A stretch of DNA of 64,000 nt from Callorhinchus milii (lineage: Eukaryota). The DNA is taken from positions 31,064,001 through 31,128,000 of the forward strand of contig NW_024704743.1 of NCBI RefSeq assembly GCF_018977255.1, read 5' to 3'. A program made the translations under genes and the position numbers. Below, piece after piece: positions 12,144 through 24,798 of this stretch (position 1 is the first letter of the stretch; each line of letters starts with the position of its first letter). Under the pieces are notes generated by a model. The model did not search any database and was not told where the DNA came from. It was given only the letters and a program-made list of their open reading frames with translations.

Positions 12144-12778
12144 CCTGTAGGGCCAGAGCACCGCCATATGCTGCAGTGTCAAGAACTCTACACACAGACT
12201 CCAGGGGCAGCTTAATCAGAGCACTGTACAGCTTGAGCATGCTTTCCAAAGAACCCCACCTGCCAGGACAGATAGGGTGGGGGAGGACATGAATCAGGTA
12301 TTTGCTGAGCGAAGGGTCAGGTCGGTAGGGTTAAAGGAGGTTACAGAGATGGGATGGAGCAAGACCGTGGAGTGTTTCCATGCAACCTCTTTTGCAGGAT
12401 AAGCAACTCCACAAAAACTAATTTCTTCACAATTAATTCTATGCTTGGTTTATTATATATGTGACTGCTTGTGGTCACTATCCACTTCATCACTGAGTAA
12501 ATCTAACCTCCTCTGTAGTACGTAGCAACGTTTGCCTTCCGCTGGGGCTGCCTGTAAAACCACTGGTTCGGTTATGAACGATTTTCATGTGAATATAATT
12601 TCCACTGTGAAGCAGCAATAAACACAGCAAACAAGATAGGGCACTGGGCTACAGTGCCAAATCAGTTGGTCAGAAAGCATGCTCAAGCTGTACAGTGCTC
12701 TGGTTAACATATCCCTGGAGTACGTGGTGTGTAAAGTTCTTGACACTGCAACATAAGGAGATGCTCTGGCCCTACAGG
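12144..12778. repeat. ~105-bp inverted repeat pair (candidate non-autonomous DNA transposon)
   Basis: 12144-12246 is the reverse complement of 12673-12778, e.g. cagagcactgtacagcttgagcatgctttc vs gaaagcatgctcaagctgtacagtgctctg. Confidence 0.85.
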
Positions 12779-12934
12779 CAAAGGTAGGTTTGAAATGTCT
12801 GCTTCCAGGCACCTGTTCAGAACCATAGAACAGATTAAGGAGGGAAAGAAAAACTACAAGCAAAGGGAAAAAGATACAAGCAAGTACCTTCCTTCTTAAC
12901 ATTAGGCTCATGCCACAAATATATTCAAAAACAC

Positions 12935-13570
12935 TGGCCCTTTTGATTTGTACTCCACAAGAAAACTATCCTTTCAACCCCATATCTGCTCCATGACCCG
13001 ATCTGCCTTCCCCCACCTCCGCAATATCGCCCGGCTCTGCCACTGTCTCACACCACAGACCACCGAAACCCTCGTACAAGCTTTCATTACATTGAGACTC
13101 GACTATGCAAACTCATTGCTTGTCAACCTTCCCAACTCCTCCCTCCACAGGCTGCAGATCATCCAGAACTCTGCAGCCCGTGTCCTCTCACTCACTAGGC
13201 TCCGAGACCCTACCATTCCCATCCTCGCCCAACTCCACTGGCTTCCCATCACACAGAGGATACAGTTCAAGGTCCTGGTGCTCAACTTCAAAGCCCTCCA
13301 TGGCCTTGCTCCCCCCCTACCTTTGTGACTTCCTAACCCCCTACCATACTGCTCGCTCCCTCCGCTCAGTGGACTCCCGCCCGCTTCACGTCCCTCGCCT
13401 CGCTCGCCCCACTATTGGCGGGCGGGCCTTCTGCAACTCTGCACCCACCCTCTAGAACTCCATCCCGCAGTCCCTCCGCCTCGCCCCCTCCCTTGCCTCT
13501 TTCAAAACCCATCTCAAGACCCTCCTCTTCGACCGTGCTTTTGATCTCCCTGCTTCCCCTCCCTGCCCTG
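12935..13570 (+). mobile_element. L2 LINE fragment
   Basis: HLRNIARL...RLDYANSLL...LQIIQNSAARVL...LHWLP. Confidence 0.9.
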
Positions 13571-16429
13571 GATTTATAATGACTATAACATGCACCTTTT
13601 TCCTGGCAGCGTTTATAGTTCCGACCTCCATATCAGCTTCTATTAAAACAAGCTTCACTTGCTGGCAAAGAGCCAACAATGTACTAACTCTGGAATTCCA
13701 AGGTGTTGGGTAATCTTATGTGTTATATTCTCATAGATCTTCACAGCATCAGGAACTATGATACCCAAAGTATCTTAACTATTTTTCTTTTGGATACAAA
13801 ATGCATTTACCTCATGAGTCATTAACCTCTTGCTTTAGCAGAGGTTCTTTAAGAAAGGAATAGGAGAAGGCGATGTGAGAACTTTGAAAAGTACCTTCTT
13901 TCCAATCATAACATTAGTTTCTACAAAGAAGTCAGATGGTATTGTTGCTTCTTGAAAAACTTAAAGAAAAAAAATCAAATAAAATGAGAGCAATATTTCC
14001 TATTGATCTGCATTTCTTCAATAAATTCATATTGCCATCACAAATTATTTGCATTACTTGCCACAGTCCAGTCAATTTTATTGAGATGAAAGGTTCATAT
14101 TATCTGTTAACTTCTACGTTAAACAGCAAACTTCAATTGTGGGTGAAGCGCAGCCATCAGCTACGATACCAAAGTATCTCTTAACCGAAATAGTAAACAA
14201 TAAACGTTTCTTCATATTTTGAGAAAAACTTCATGTTGAATGATCCTGAATTCATTATACAGGGGATCAAGATGACTTGGCTCTATTTATGCTGCTTTGT
14301 GACTGAATAACATGGAAGACAACTGAACTGACTGGACTTCTTTGGAGGAAAGCATCTCACCTACATCTGCCACTCCCAGGATACTCGGAGGTATGGGAAC
14401 ATCAGGATAAAAACAGATCAAACAGGAATGTGATTCTTTCAGAATACAGAGTACTAACTGTAAATTAATTGGCTTTGACATAGTTTTTTTAAAAAAAGGA
14501 AAACTGCTTTTTTGTACATAATCAATACATATTCACTATCTATTGTGATTTCTTAATGCAGAATATTCACTCTATAACATCAGTACCAAAAGTGCTCTTG
14601 CTCACCTTCGTTAGACTCTACTGCAGTTTACAATGGAATTGGTCTGACTTAAAATTCAGCAATTACAGACAAAAAGTTTAGCAAGTCTCAAAGCTTTATT
14701 TCTATTCATTGGATAATAGCTGATACCATCTGTTATGTACTTTAGGGATATATTGTCTGTCAGAAACACCATGGAATTTAGAAAATCTCACATAAAGATT
14801 ATCTGTGTCCTCGAACAGATGTTTAAATTACATCTCCTGTCTCAGCACTTGCATAAGAACAAGTGCACACTCATTTAAAATGCATTCAAACATATTGAAA
14901 TGCAGCATTAACATCATATCAAGCTTGGCTCGATGGAATCTTTCCCACACTTAAGCCTATTAGAATTAATAGCTATTTCTGACCTCCTCTCTCCTACTAT
15001 GAAAGGTCACTTTGAATACATTTCATTTTGATATTGCTACCAAATTCATATTATAGCCTATGAACCTGTTTGGCCATTTTATTTTGAAGTTCAAAATTTT
15101 CTGGTCTCTTTTTCATAATTGACTCTTTTTCTAATTTGACTGTTTTAGTGTTAAACCCAGGAACTTCTAAATAACAATGTGGAACTCATCTATTGTTTCA
15201 TTATAACAGCATCCACTGGTGTCAACTGTCCTAATAGATTCAGGATCCTTTGACAGGTGACCAAATGTAAAACAAACATCTAAAATAGGAATGTCCTTGG
15301 GATTAATCTAATGAACAGCCTTTTGAATACATTGTCTAGTGTTAGAACCACCTCATGCATAGGAATATAGTCTAATCCCATGTTTATATTGGTGCAATAA
15401 ACAATGCTGCTGCCAGCAATGGAATGGGATTTAAGACATCCTACATAACATCAAATTGGGGGTGATGATAAAGCTAGACCTATTTTTCCTTTGAGCATGG
15501 CTGGAACAAGTGTTAGCTTTTGAATGTTAATATGATCCTAAGTCACATGGTCAGCTCCATTAAACAATCCATTCAAAGTGCATGGGTAGCTCAATAAGGT
15601 ACCTGAGGTTTTTCCTTCAGAGAGAGGAGCAGGGAGAAACAAAGCATTCTTGAAACCATCTCCTCCAAGGGGTATTAGGAGCTTCATTACAATTCAAGTT
15701 TGCACAACCATGACAGCAACTTGTTGAGAAAGGCACAATGTAGACACAATATATTGCGAATAGTGACTATTAATCCAATGTTGCATCTCAAATTTAGAGA
15801 TTTTATTTACCAAAGCTAATGATTAAACCTTGTCATAGATCTATAATCATAGAAAGGTTTATTGTGTTGAGATTGGCAGTTTCATATCCGTATATTGCAC
15901 TTTGAAATGTCCTCCCAAAATGAAAGGCGCTATATCAAATGTAAAGATTATTATTTATAAAAAGAATACATCACAACTCCACGTGCGACTTATTTATCAA
16001 TCAAGAAGGCATAAAATACACAGTGACAGGAGTATATTTATTGCATGGCTAGTAATAGTCACTAACTATTATTCGTGGAATCCACTGTGGTACAGTGATA
16101 TGGGAGGCTACAATTGGTCCCAGTGCTCAGAAACTAGCAGGAGAAAATAAAGCTAATCGTCTGCCTGCTCGTTTGCTGTCCAGTGCTTTAACTTATATGC
16201 TTCCCTATTGATGTAGGATGATGAAGGTAGATTTGGCTTAGAGGGATGCTTCCCAAAGCTTGCTAATGTTCACTGGGGATCAAAAGGTGCTTCTGAGGAA
16301 AGTATTAACATTATTGATACCTGCTGTCAAAAAGCACCTGAGACATAAGCCACAGTTTTAGAAGGGAATTCCACGTATTTCATACCTACCCACAAGATCT
16401 CGGGAGTGAATCCAATATTATGGGTCATC

Positions 16430-16960
16430 AGCTTTATTGCTAAATCAGTAGTTTAGATTTCTAGATGTCTGTACAGTCCCTGGTCAGACTGCACCTTGAG
16501 TACTGCACAGTTCTGGTCGCTATGACACAAGGGGCTGCCCAGGTCTGAGAAGCAGAGGAGAGCAACAAGGATGAGGCCCACTGTTAGAGGAATGAGCTAT
16601 GAGCTATAACCAGACAAGCTCGGGCTCTTCAGTCTTAAGAGAAGGCAACTAATTTTTGTAGGTCTCATAGAGGTGTACAACATTTTTTAATGGAATTGGA
16701 ACAGTAAACCCAGGGTGCAACAAGGTGGTAGAACAATAGGACATAGATTTAGAGCTGTGAAGGGCAATTTCAGGACAGATACCTGGAAGGTTTTTTTTAC
16801 TCAGGGAATAATCAATGACTGGAACAGGTTGCGAGGTGGTTGAGGCCAGGACAATGAACTCATTTAAAAAGCAGCTTGATTCTGTGATAGGGTTGATCTT
16901 CTGAAAGGAAGGATTGGGTGGGCCAAAGGGCCTTCTTCATCTGAGCAAATCTTGTGTTGG
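16430..16960 (+). mobile_element. CR1 3' fragment
   Basis: ctggtcagactgcaccttgagtactgcacagttctggtc; 3' end tgggccaaagggccttcttcatctg. Confidence 0.85.
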
Positions 16961-17949
16961 AGCTGTCGTCTCACTAGTCAGCATGGGTTTCTCTGCTGAA
17001 AACTCATGAGGTGGCTTTTCAGCAGTGAAGGTCTGGCCAGAAGAATAGACACAATGGTTTTGATCTTGGAGGAGGCAGGTGAGAGAAGGGAAGGGGAATA
17101 ACTATTCCTTCATTAAATCAGACAAGCTGTTCAATTTTTGCAGCTAAACATAGCAAGATAACTGTAAAATAAGATGCTTTACACTGAATTCTCAGCTGCA
17201 GACGTCTGAACAAAAACACCGCCTGTGGGACCTCAGGTAATATATACAGCATATGGAAAGCTACACTTCAACACTGGCAGCGGTTTGTACCTATCATTTT
17301 AGATTTACAAAACCATGATCTGCTGACACGAGCTGAAGTACTCCAAACCTCCACTGGTGCCTTGCTTAACACAAATTGCACACATATGAAGATTGTGGGG
17401 TTAAAGCTTTTCAGATTATAATACTTACTGCAACGCTTTTTTGTAAATTGAGGATAACAACTGCAAACAGTGCAGGCTTCTCATTGTTCCATACAAACTG
17501 TTGAACACCACCACTAACACTTTGAATATTTAGCAAACGTAAAAAAAATCCTGGCATGTGGGAGTTCTCAAGTGTGTACCATAGTCGGTGTGATATAGGA
17601 CATTCTGGGACACTACCCCTGCTTGAGGGGCGCTATATAAATGCAAGTTGTTGTTGTAGTTGTTGATATGACACTGACTCATCCCCCAAATCTCCTTTAC
17701 TCCTACTTTGCTCCTGGTGTTGGGAGGGGGAAGGTAGCAGGGTCTCTCTGAAGGAAGAGCCTGCTCTGAAATGCTATCCGTGTGTAGGGTACTGTATTGA
17801 TGCAAGTTTTTGTTGCTGAAGGAAGAGCTAAGTTAACTCTCTGGTGGGATCAATGAATCTGAGCTTGGGCCTTGTCAATAAATGGCCAACCTGCTTGGCT
17901 TATCAATTGAGTTAGACATGTCAGAAGAGGTAGAGGAGGGGAGTGGACA

Positions 17950-18125
17950 GCCCACGGGTTCCTGATAAAGCTACAAGCCAACATAGACATGGTTGTCCTA
18001 GCTGAACAAGCAGTGGCAAGCTTATTTATGCCCTGATCCAGAAGCAGATCACCAATGCACACTTTGACTTCCCAAATGCCTTGGCTTCTGGGATGCTGTG
18101 TACTCCAGGTATAGGTAAGCGGAGT
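17950..18125 (+). mobile_element. Diverged fragment of the fold-back RTE-like family
   Basis: gtcctagctgaacaagcagtggcaagctt and ccaatgcacactttgacttcccaaatgccttggct resemble the 8360-8470 region. Confidence 0.5.
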
Positions 18126-19169
18126 GTATAACTCCTGAGAGGAGATTAGATGTTCCAGAACTGGCAAACTGAAACTCAAGCATGACAAAGCATCCGACTC
18201 TTGGCTGATACTCACAAACAAGAGAAAGTCCTGAAATGGTATTTTTCATTGAAAGCTCACACTGCTCTATCAACCAAAATCCTACCATTATATTTGGATT
18301 AACTCAGTTGCCTACTGTAGCATAGATTGTGGCATCCCTGCACACTCTTGAGATATGAATGAATTTCAGGACTTGTTAAGTGTTTTGATGACATGCTATT
18401 TATTGATCATTAATTGATGGCTATCTTCTTGTTCACTGCTGCTTTATTGTATTTAGTTTGCCATTTCACTAAAGGGTAGCCACGAAAACAGTGCACTTAC
18501 AACGTAAGAATGCTAATAGTGCACTAATTTTCTTATGAGTCACATTCAACGATTATTTTTCCCGTCACCTGTATTCAGAAATTGCCAGAAAATTTATTTG
18601 AGTGATGAATAGAGTGCATCAGCCACTTAGCAATGCACAATTAAACTCAGTAAGGCAGCACAATTTGCAGGAACCCTGCTGAAGAATGCTGTAGCTTCTT
18701 TTACTGTGCGAAGATTCTTGTGATGTATGTTGAAACTGAACTGGTCTACAATTCACAGGGGACAAAAACTGCTGACTTTGAAGATTTTCACATCCCTCTA
18801 GAAATGAATCTTTTCGCATTATGTAAATAAGAATCCAAGGAAGGGTGAGCTGTGATTTTCTTTCAAGGAACTGAATAAATATTTTGGTTCTGGTCAAGTC
18901 ATTGTCTTCCACTGATACCGAACAAGAATAACCACAGGTGATTACATTCCACTATTTTGCCCACAATCAAAGCAGTTATAAAAGCTAGCAATACACTTAA
19001 ATTATTCATTCACTTTCGATTTCTTTTCTCTTTTTCCTGCTAGATACAGTCACTACACCTTACAGTAAATTCTGCAAAGCACTTTGGGACATTTCCTGAT
19101 ATGAAAGGCGCTGTATCAAATGCAAAAATATAATTTAGTTTAATTATTATTCTTATTTATTTTTGATGA

Positions 19170-19345
19170 TTGCACATCTGCTAGTGCAGTATTATCAGTC
19201 CATCACTACCATGATGTTAGTCTGCGTCACTTCCCTGATGACAATCTCCTTGGGGGGGGTGGGGGGCAGAGGTGAGCGGGGTCTCCTTGGGGTTCAGATG
19301 TTTCCAAGGTGACTTGCTTGGCAAAGGCAAGTTGGAATTGTGGCA
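19170..19345 (+). mobile_element. Fragment of the fold-back RTE-like family
   Basis: tgacaatctccttggggg...ggtctccttggggttcagatgtttccaaggtgacttgcttggcaa matches 8072-8150 and 30740-30810. Confidence 0.7.
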
Positions 19346-19939
19346 TGCCTGAAAATAGATTTGTGCCTGAAAATATATCATTCAAAGGAATAATCAATAA
19401 ATGGTGACTCTCGAGGAGCGATGTTTAAACAATACTATTAGATTTGAAGACACTTCACTTTCTAAGGTCAGTCAAAGCTACGCCAGGTTAGTAAATAACC
19501 TCTCTGTCTCTTGTGGCTTTTGTATTTGTAATAAAAATTGTGAAAGAGTACTGAGTGGCAGAGTGAGTTAACACACTGTCCCTTCACCTTTGAGACCTGG
19601 GTCGAATCCAGCTCAGACTCCTGGATGAAAGCCTCCTCTCTCCGCTGACTTAAGTCACTGAGCGTGCAGTAAGATTCGGACCAGAGCACAAAATTGCCAT
19701 TACAGATGGTACTAAAATAACCAGCAGCTGGACACACACCAGGCGACAGTGAGTTCTGTCTGACACTGCTACTTATATCATCTGTGTTTAATCTGTCCTC
19801 ACATTGTCACAGCTTTGGATGTTTTCAGTGTTTGATTGCTATCAGTTCTTGTTGGTGGTTAAATTTTTTAAAGATTTTTTGATGCTATCACAAGTCATCC
19901 ACATAGCGCAAACTGGGTTGCTAGTCAGAATGCAAACCC

Positions 19940-20240
19940 ACTCGGCTCAAGATATGAACACCTGAGACCTCTTTAGAGGGATCACTCAATTTCACCATTT
20001 GTTGCCAAGCACCTCACCTTGAAGCCAGTTCAGGCCCAAGGAGACCTTTATTCCAACTCCCCCCCACCCCCCCAAAGGAGACTGATATTGTGTTGTCACA
20101 GACTGATATGTTAGTTACAGACTGATGTGTCTGGCAGGTTTCCTGTTGCTTTTCCACTGAGGGCCACCCTACCCATTTGGACTTTGTCTTGAAGACTTAA
20201 CTTGAACTGAGTGGGAAAAATCCTCACCCTCAGTGACCAA
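19940..20240 (-). mobile_element. Two rearranged antisense fragments of the fold-back RTE-like family
   Basis: Reverse complement of 19985-20085 contains ggtctccttgggcctgaactggcttcaaggtga. Reverse complement of 20130-20240 matches 8288-8396. Confidence 0.65.
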
Positions 20241-20323
20241 TGTGCCTGGCTCAGTTGGTAGCACTGTCTCCTCTCAATCAGAAGATTGTGGGTTCAAGCC
20301 CTACGTCAGGGCTTGGAACTCAT

Positions 20324-20630
20324 AATAATAATAATAATCCTTGCATTTGATATAGCGCTTTTCACGTCGGGAGGACGTCCCAAAGCGCTTCACAGAACAC
20401 ACTGTAAAGTGAATTGACTGTATATTTGTGGGCGAACGCGGCAGCCAATTGCGCACAACAATGCCCCTAGTTGAAAATGACCAATTTATTATTGTTTTTG
20501 GTTTTGGAGGGAATATTATTAGGCGTGTGGAGTAAGGAAACTTGCCCAAGGTTTCGCCCTGACCTGCCTGGAATTGAACTCAGGTCTCTTGCTTGCAAAG
20601 CGCGTGCTCTAACCACTGAGCTACAGGACT
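20324..20630 (-). mobile_element. Same SINE family, full length
   Basis: (TAA)n-tccttgcatttg...gctctaaccactgagctacaggactc. Confidence 0.92.
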
Positions 20631-21184
20631 CATATAGTCCAAGGCTAAGCTGACACTTTTTAAGAGACCATTTTGTCAAAAGAAGCTTCTGGTGCTTGGG
20701 AGACTCATCCATCGGGAGAAAGGGTCTCTTACCATCTCACCTTGGTTGTCTATTTCACTCGCTAAACTTTTTTCACAGGGGCTGCCCGAGGAAACCAAAA
20801 TTAGCAATTCCCACCCGTTTTGGAACATTGCAAATTAGATCACCTGCCTCAGTATTCCATCAGACTTGCTCTATAATCAGCTGTTAGGAGAAAATGAGAT
20901 CATCAGAATCATGTTTGTGATATATCAACTAAAATTTTGTTTAAATAATGCCTGTTAGTGTTACGTTGGGACATCCTCCCAACATAAAAGGCACTATACT
21001 AATGTAATTTTGTTGTTGTTGTGATAGTAGAAGTGTAGTAGAAAGAGTAGTGTATTACAGGTTTACCTTAATATTTCTGTTTGACTGCAGAGCAATTAAA
21101 TGTGGCACATCACTGTTCTGACATGCAAAAGTTTTCTCTATATCTGTGTATTTATAGAATACTTGTTTCGTGCATGGGGAGATG

Positions 21185-21300
21185 GTAATAGAGGGGTATA
21201 GAAGAGGGCAATTGGAGAGGTCGTATTTGTGCGGAGTGCAAACACTCGTATAGACTAGTTGGGCAAATGGTCTGTTTCCGTACCATATTAGTATGTAACT
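21185..21300 (+). mobile_element. CR1 3' terminal fragment
   Basis: gactagttgggcaaatggtctgtttccgtacc resembles a CR1 3' end. Confidence 0.6.
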
Positions 21301-23904
21301 TTCAGTGTTCTGTTCTTCTACATAAATACTACGGTACAACTACCTTCACTTGAGGTCTATGTTGCTTTTCCTTTGTAAGGTAATTGCTCCCATTCTAATC
21401 ACAGTCTTGTCACCCGCCACCATATCCTGTTCTTTATCCAGTCTGGCAAATTATCCATGTTTTCTGAATCCGACACATTAACTTCAGTGTTTTCCTGTGC
21501 CATTCCACAGTGTGGGAATCACTCTGTTAATAATAGAGGTCCCACGCTGATGAAATGTTTCACTGTTACAGGGAGCTCCAGGTGGCTGCCAGGCTGTGAT
21601 GTACCAAAGGTAAATGAAGTTCAAACAGGGTCAGAGACTCGTATTCAAATTCAGGTCTAGGCCCTCAAAGTAATGGGCTGTTTATATTCTCTGAATAAAA
21701 CAACGTTCACTTAGCTATGGCTTGGGTATTTCCAGTGGAGAACTGTCATCATGAGCTAATTGTGTTTACACTGGGTCATATGTACTATTAAAGGTCACAA
21801 GCAGGTCTCTGCTCCTGCTTGCACAGAGCACGGTGTACCAGGAGGTTCAGCTTCAATTATTCTTTAACCTGTATAACGCTTTGAAAATTAATGAAAACAG
21901 AGTACAAACTTTTATAGGACTATAAGTCACCCTGGCTATTAGCTATCCTGCTATTTAGCTATTTTCAACTTGGATAAATAAACACAATGCAGTCTAGCTA
22001 TACATTAGCTAGGGTAACAGAATTATTAAGGCCCAGCTCACCTGTCTACCACAATCTCAGTTGTAGTTGACCATTTTATTTACTCCCCTAAATGCAGATG
22101 TAATAAATGCTGGCAGTTACTTATACACCGGTGAATGATTTGCTAAAATAATTTGACATAGTTGCATTACCATATCAAATTATTCAATCTAATGATCTAT
22201 TGATGTGGATGCTGGCATTTGCAATGCTCACAATTCAGAGGCAAATGCAGGGACTAAAGTTCTTCATTGAGTTGAGACCCGGGCAATTACACCACTACGT
22301 GGTTCTAAAATGCCCCAAGTTGACACCATGCTTTTGAAGGGATGACAACATCAATGAAAAGCCTGGCAATCTGTACGAGTAATACACAGATTGTGCCTGG
22401 AGATAGGAAAACACTTTGTGAGAAGACTTATGAAACACATTCCTCGCCACCATTAACCCACACCAACACCACCACCACACACACATACAATACACCTGGG
22501 GGAGGGGTCTGAAAACTCAAGAAGCCAAATGTCATACAAAATCCTGACATCTCCCCCTACCCAAACCCCATCCCACCAACCCCCAGACTGAGCCCTTGCC
22601 AAGGAAAGTGAATGGAACCAGCTAAAAAATAATAACCCTTGCATTTGATATAGCGCCTTATCACGTCTTTGAGACACCTCACAGAATATAGCGTAAAATG
22701 GATTTACTGTATGTTTTGCATAAATGTAATCAAATATGAAAGAGGCGAGTTTTGTACACATCTATCGGTAACTTGAATTGCATTATGTAGCTTGCATTTT
22801 TGCAACATCTTGTCACATGAAAACATCTAAAAGCACTTCACAAGTGATTACTGTTAAGAAGTAGAGTGACTGGTTTTGCAGGCAAATATGGTAGCTGTTG
22901 TGCCAGCAAGGTCAAATACCACAAACAGCAATGAGGTGAATGGGCAATTTACCCGGAGGATTAAAGGGCAACAGGAGAAGCCTCCGTTTTCTTTTTTGGG
23001 GAATAAATGTGATTCTCGTGCAATTCTTTTTAAATATATATTTTTAAAGTGCTTGCTCCATTTTTACATTGTTTTAAAAAAACAGTGAGATGTGCCTGTA
23101 ATGTTTTGCCTTGCGCGCGTGAGGAAGACAATAAATGGTCTGTGGCCAAAATGAATATAACTTTTCAAATTGCAGGTTGAGGTCTGCTGGAGCTGGGAAC
23201 TTCAATCATAGCCTGATTAGAAAATTTGGTGAAATTACACTTTTCCCGAGCAGGCATCAGGCCTGTAATCTGGGCTATGATGGTTTTGTTTACTCACCTG
23301 CAGCATCTGCACGCTCTCAATGCACACTGCATGTGCTTGAAAAGTTATAAATATTTAACGCTTTCCACTCATTTGTAGAGAAGGGTGGCTTTGGGCAGGT
23401 CAACTTGACTACACTGTAGTTTTCATTCTTGTGGCTTTCATTCTTGTATTTTCCTTTTTTGAAGCAGGAGTGCACCGATACCCTGCAATAATTAGAGCTC
23501 AGTGGGTAACCTCAACTTTCCTGGACTCTCTCTCAAGCTCATCAAACCAGTATGTAACCTTAGCGTCTGGTTCGATCCTCAGTTCTCCCTTCTTCCTCAT
23601 ATTCGTCTCTAACCAAGATTGCTTTTCTTCATTACTGCCCACCTCCCCCCACTTCCCCCAATTGACAAATGCATGAAGATAGGATAACCTATATGCAAGT
23701 TATATGCTATATAACTTGCTATATATATATATATAAATAATTAAGCGCTACATCAAATGCAAGAATAATAATAATAATAAAGTTTGTTGTTGATCAATTT
23801 TTTGTTCGCAATATGCCCAGTTTTGTAAGTAGGGATTGGGTATTCCTTTTATACATAATATAACAACAAATGTTCTGAAAATTGGCAGGATTGAGACTCA
23901 CGAT

Positions 23905-24798
23905 TCTGAGAGACAACTTTCTTCAGCTCAACGTGCGCAAAACTGAGGCCCTCCTGATTGGCTCACGTCAGCGCCTCCGCACCTCTGGCACTGACAGCAT
24001 CAGCATCCAAGGCTGCACTCTCCACCTCTCAAAGCCGTCAGGAACCTCGGCGTTCTGTTCGACCCTGAGCTGTCCTTTCTTCCCCACATCCGCGCCACAA
24101 CTGGCACCGCCTTCCATCACCTCCGGAACATCGCCAGACTACGGCACTACCTCACCCCTCACGCTGCTGAAACCCTGGTCCTTTGTCACCTCAAGGCTGG
24201 ACTATGGGAACTCTCTCCTCGCCGGCCTTCCCGGCACCTCCCTCCACAAGCTGCAGGTCATTCAGAACTCTGCAGCTCGTGTACTGTCCCGCACCAGGCT
24301 TCGGGACCACATCACTCCCACCCTCGCTCGCCTCCACTGGCTCCCCATCCCCAGAGGATTGATTTCAAGATCCTCACCCTCACCTACAAGGCCATTCACG
24401 GCCTTGCTCCCTCCTACCTCTCCGACCTACTATCCCCCTACCTACCTACCCGTACCCTCCGTTCCTCTGGCTCCGGTCTGCTCCACATCCCCCGCCCCAA
24501 CCGCCCTACCATCGGTGGACGGGCCTTCAGCCTCTCAGCCCCGAGGCTCTGGAACTCTATCCCCCAATGCCTTCGCCGCCTCCTCCCTTTCCTCCTTCAA
24601 GGCCGGTCTCAAGACCTTTCTCTTCAACCGTGCCTTCAGCTCCCCTCTCGACTCTCTACCCCTCCTCGCTCCCTCCCTTCCCTCCCCTCACCCTGACCAT
24701 TTCCCCCCTGCTCGGGTCCCGACCCAACTGTCCAGCGCCTTGGGACGTCCTCCCAACATGAAAGGCGCTCTATAAATGCAATCTTGTTGTTGTTGCTG
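23905..24798 (+). mobile_element. L2 LINE, 5'-truncated, young
   Basis: NFLQLNVRKTEALLIG...RLDYGNSLL...LHWLP. Highly similar to 7347-8038. L2 tail with (TTG)n. Confidence 0.93.
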
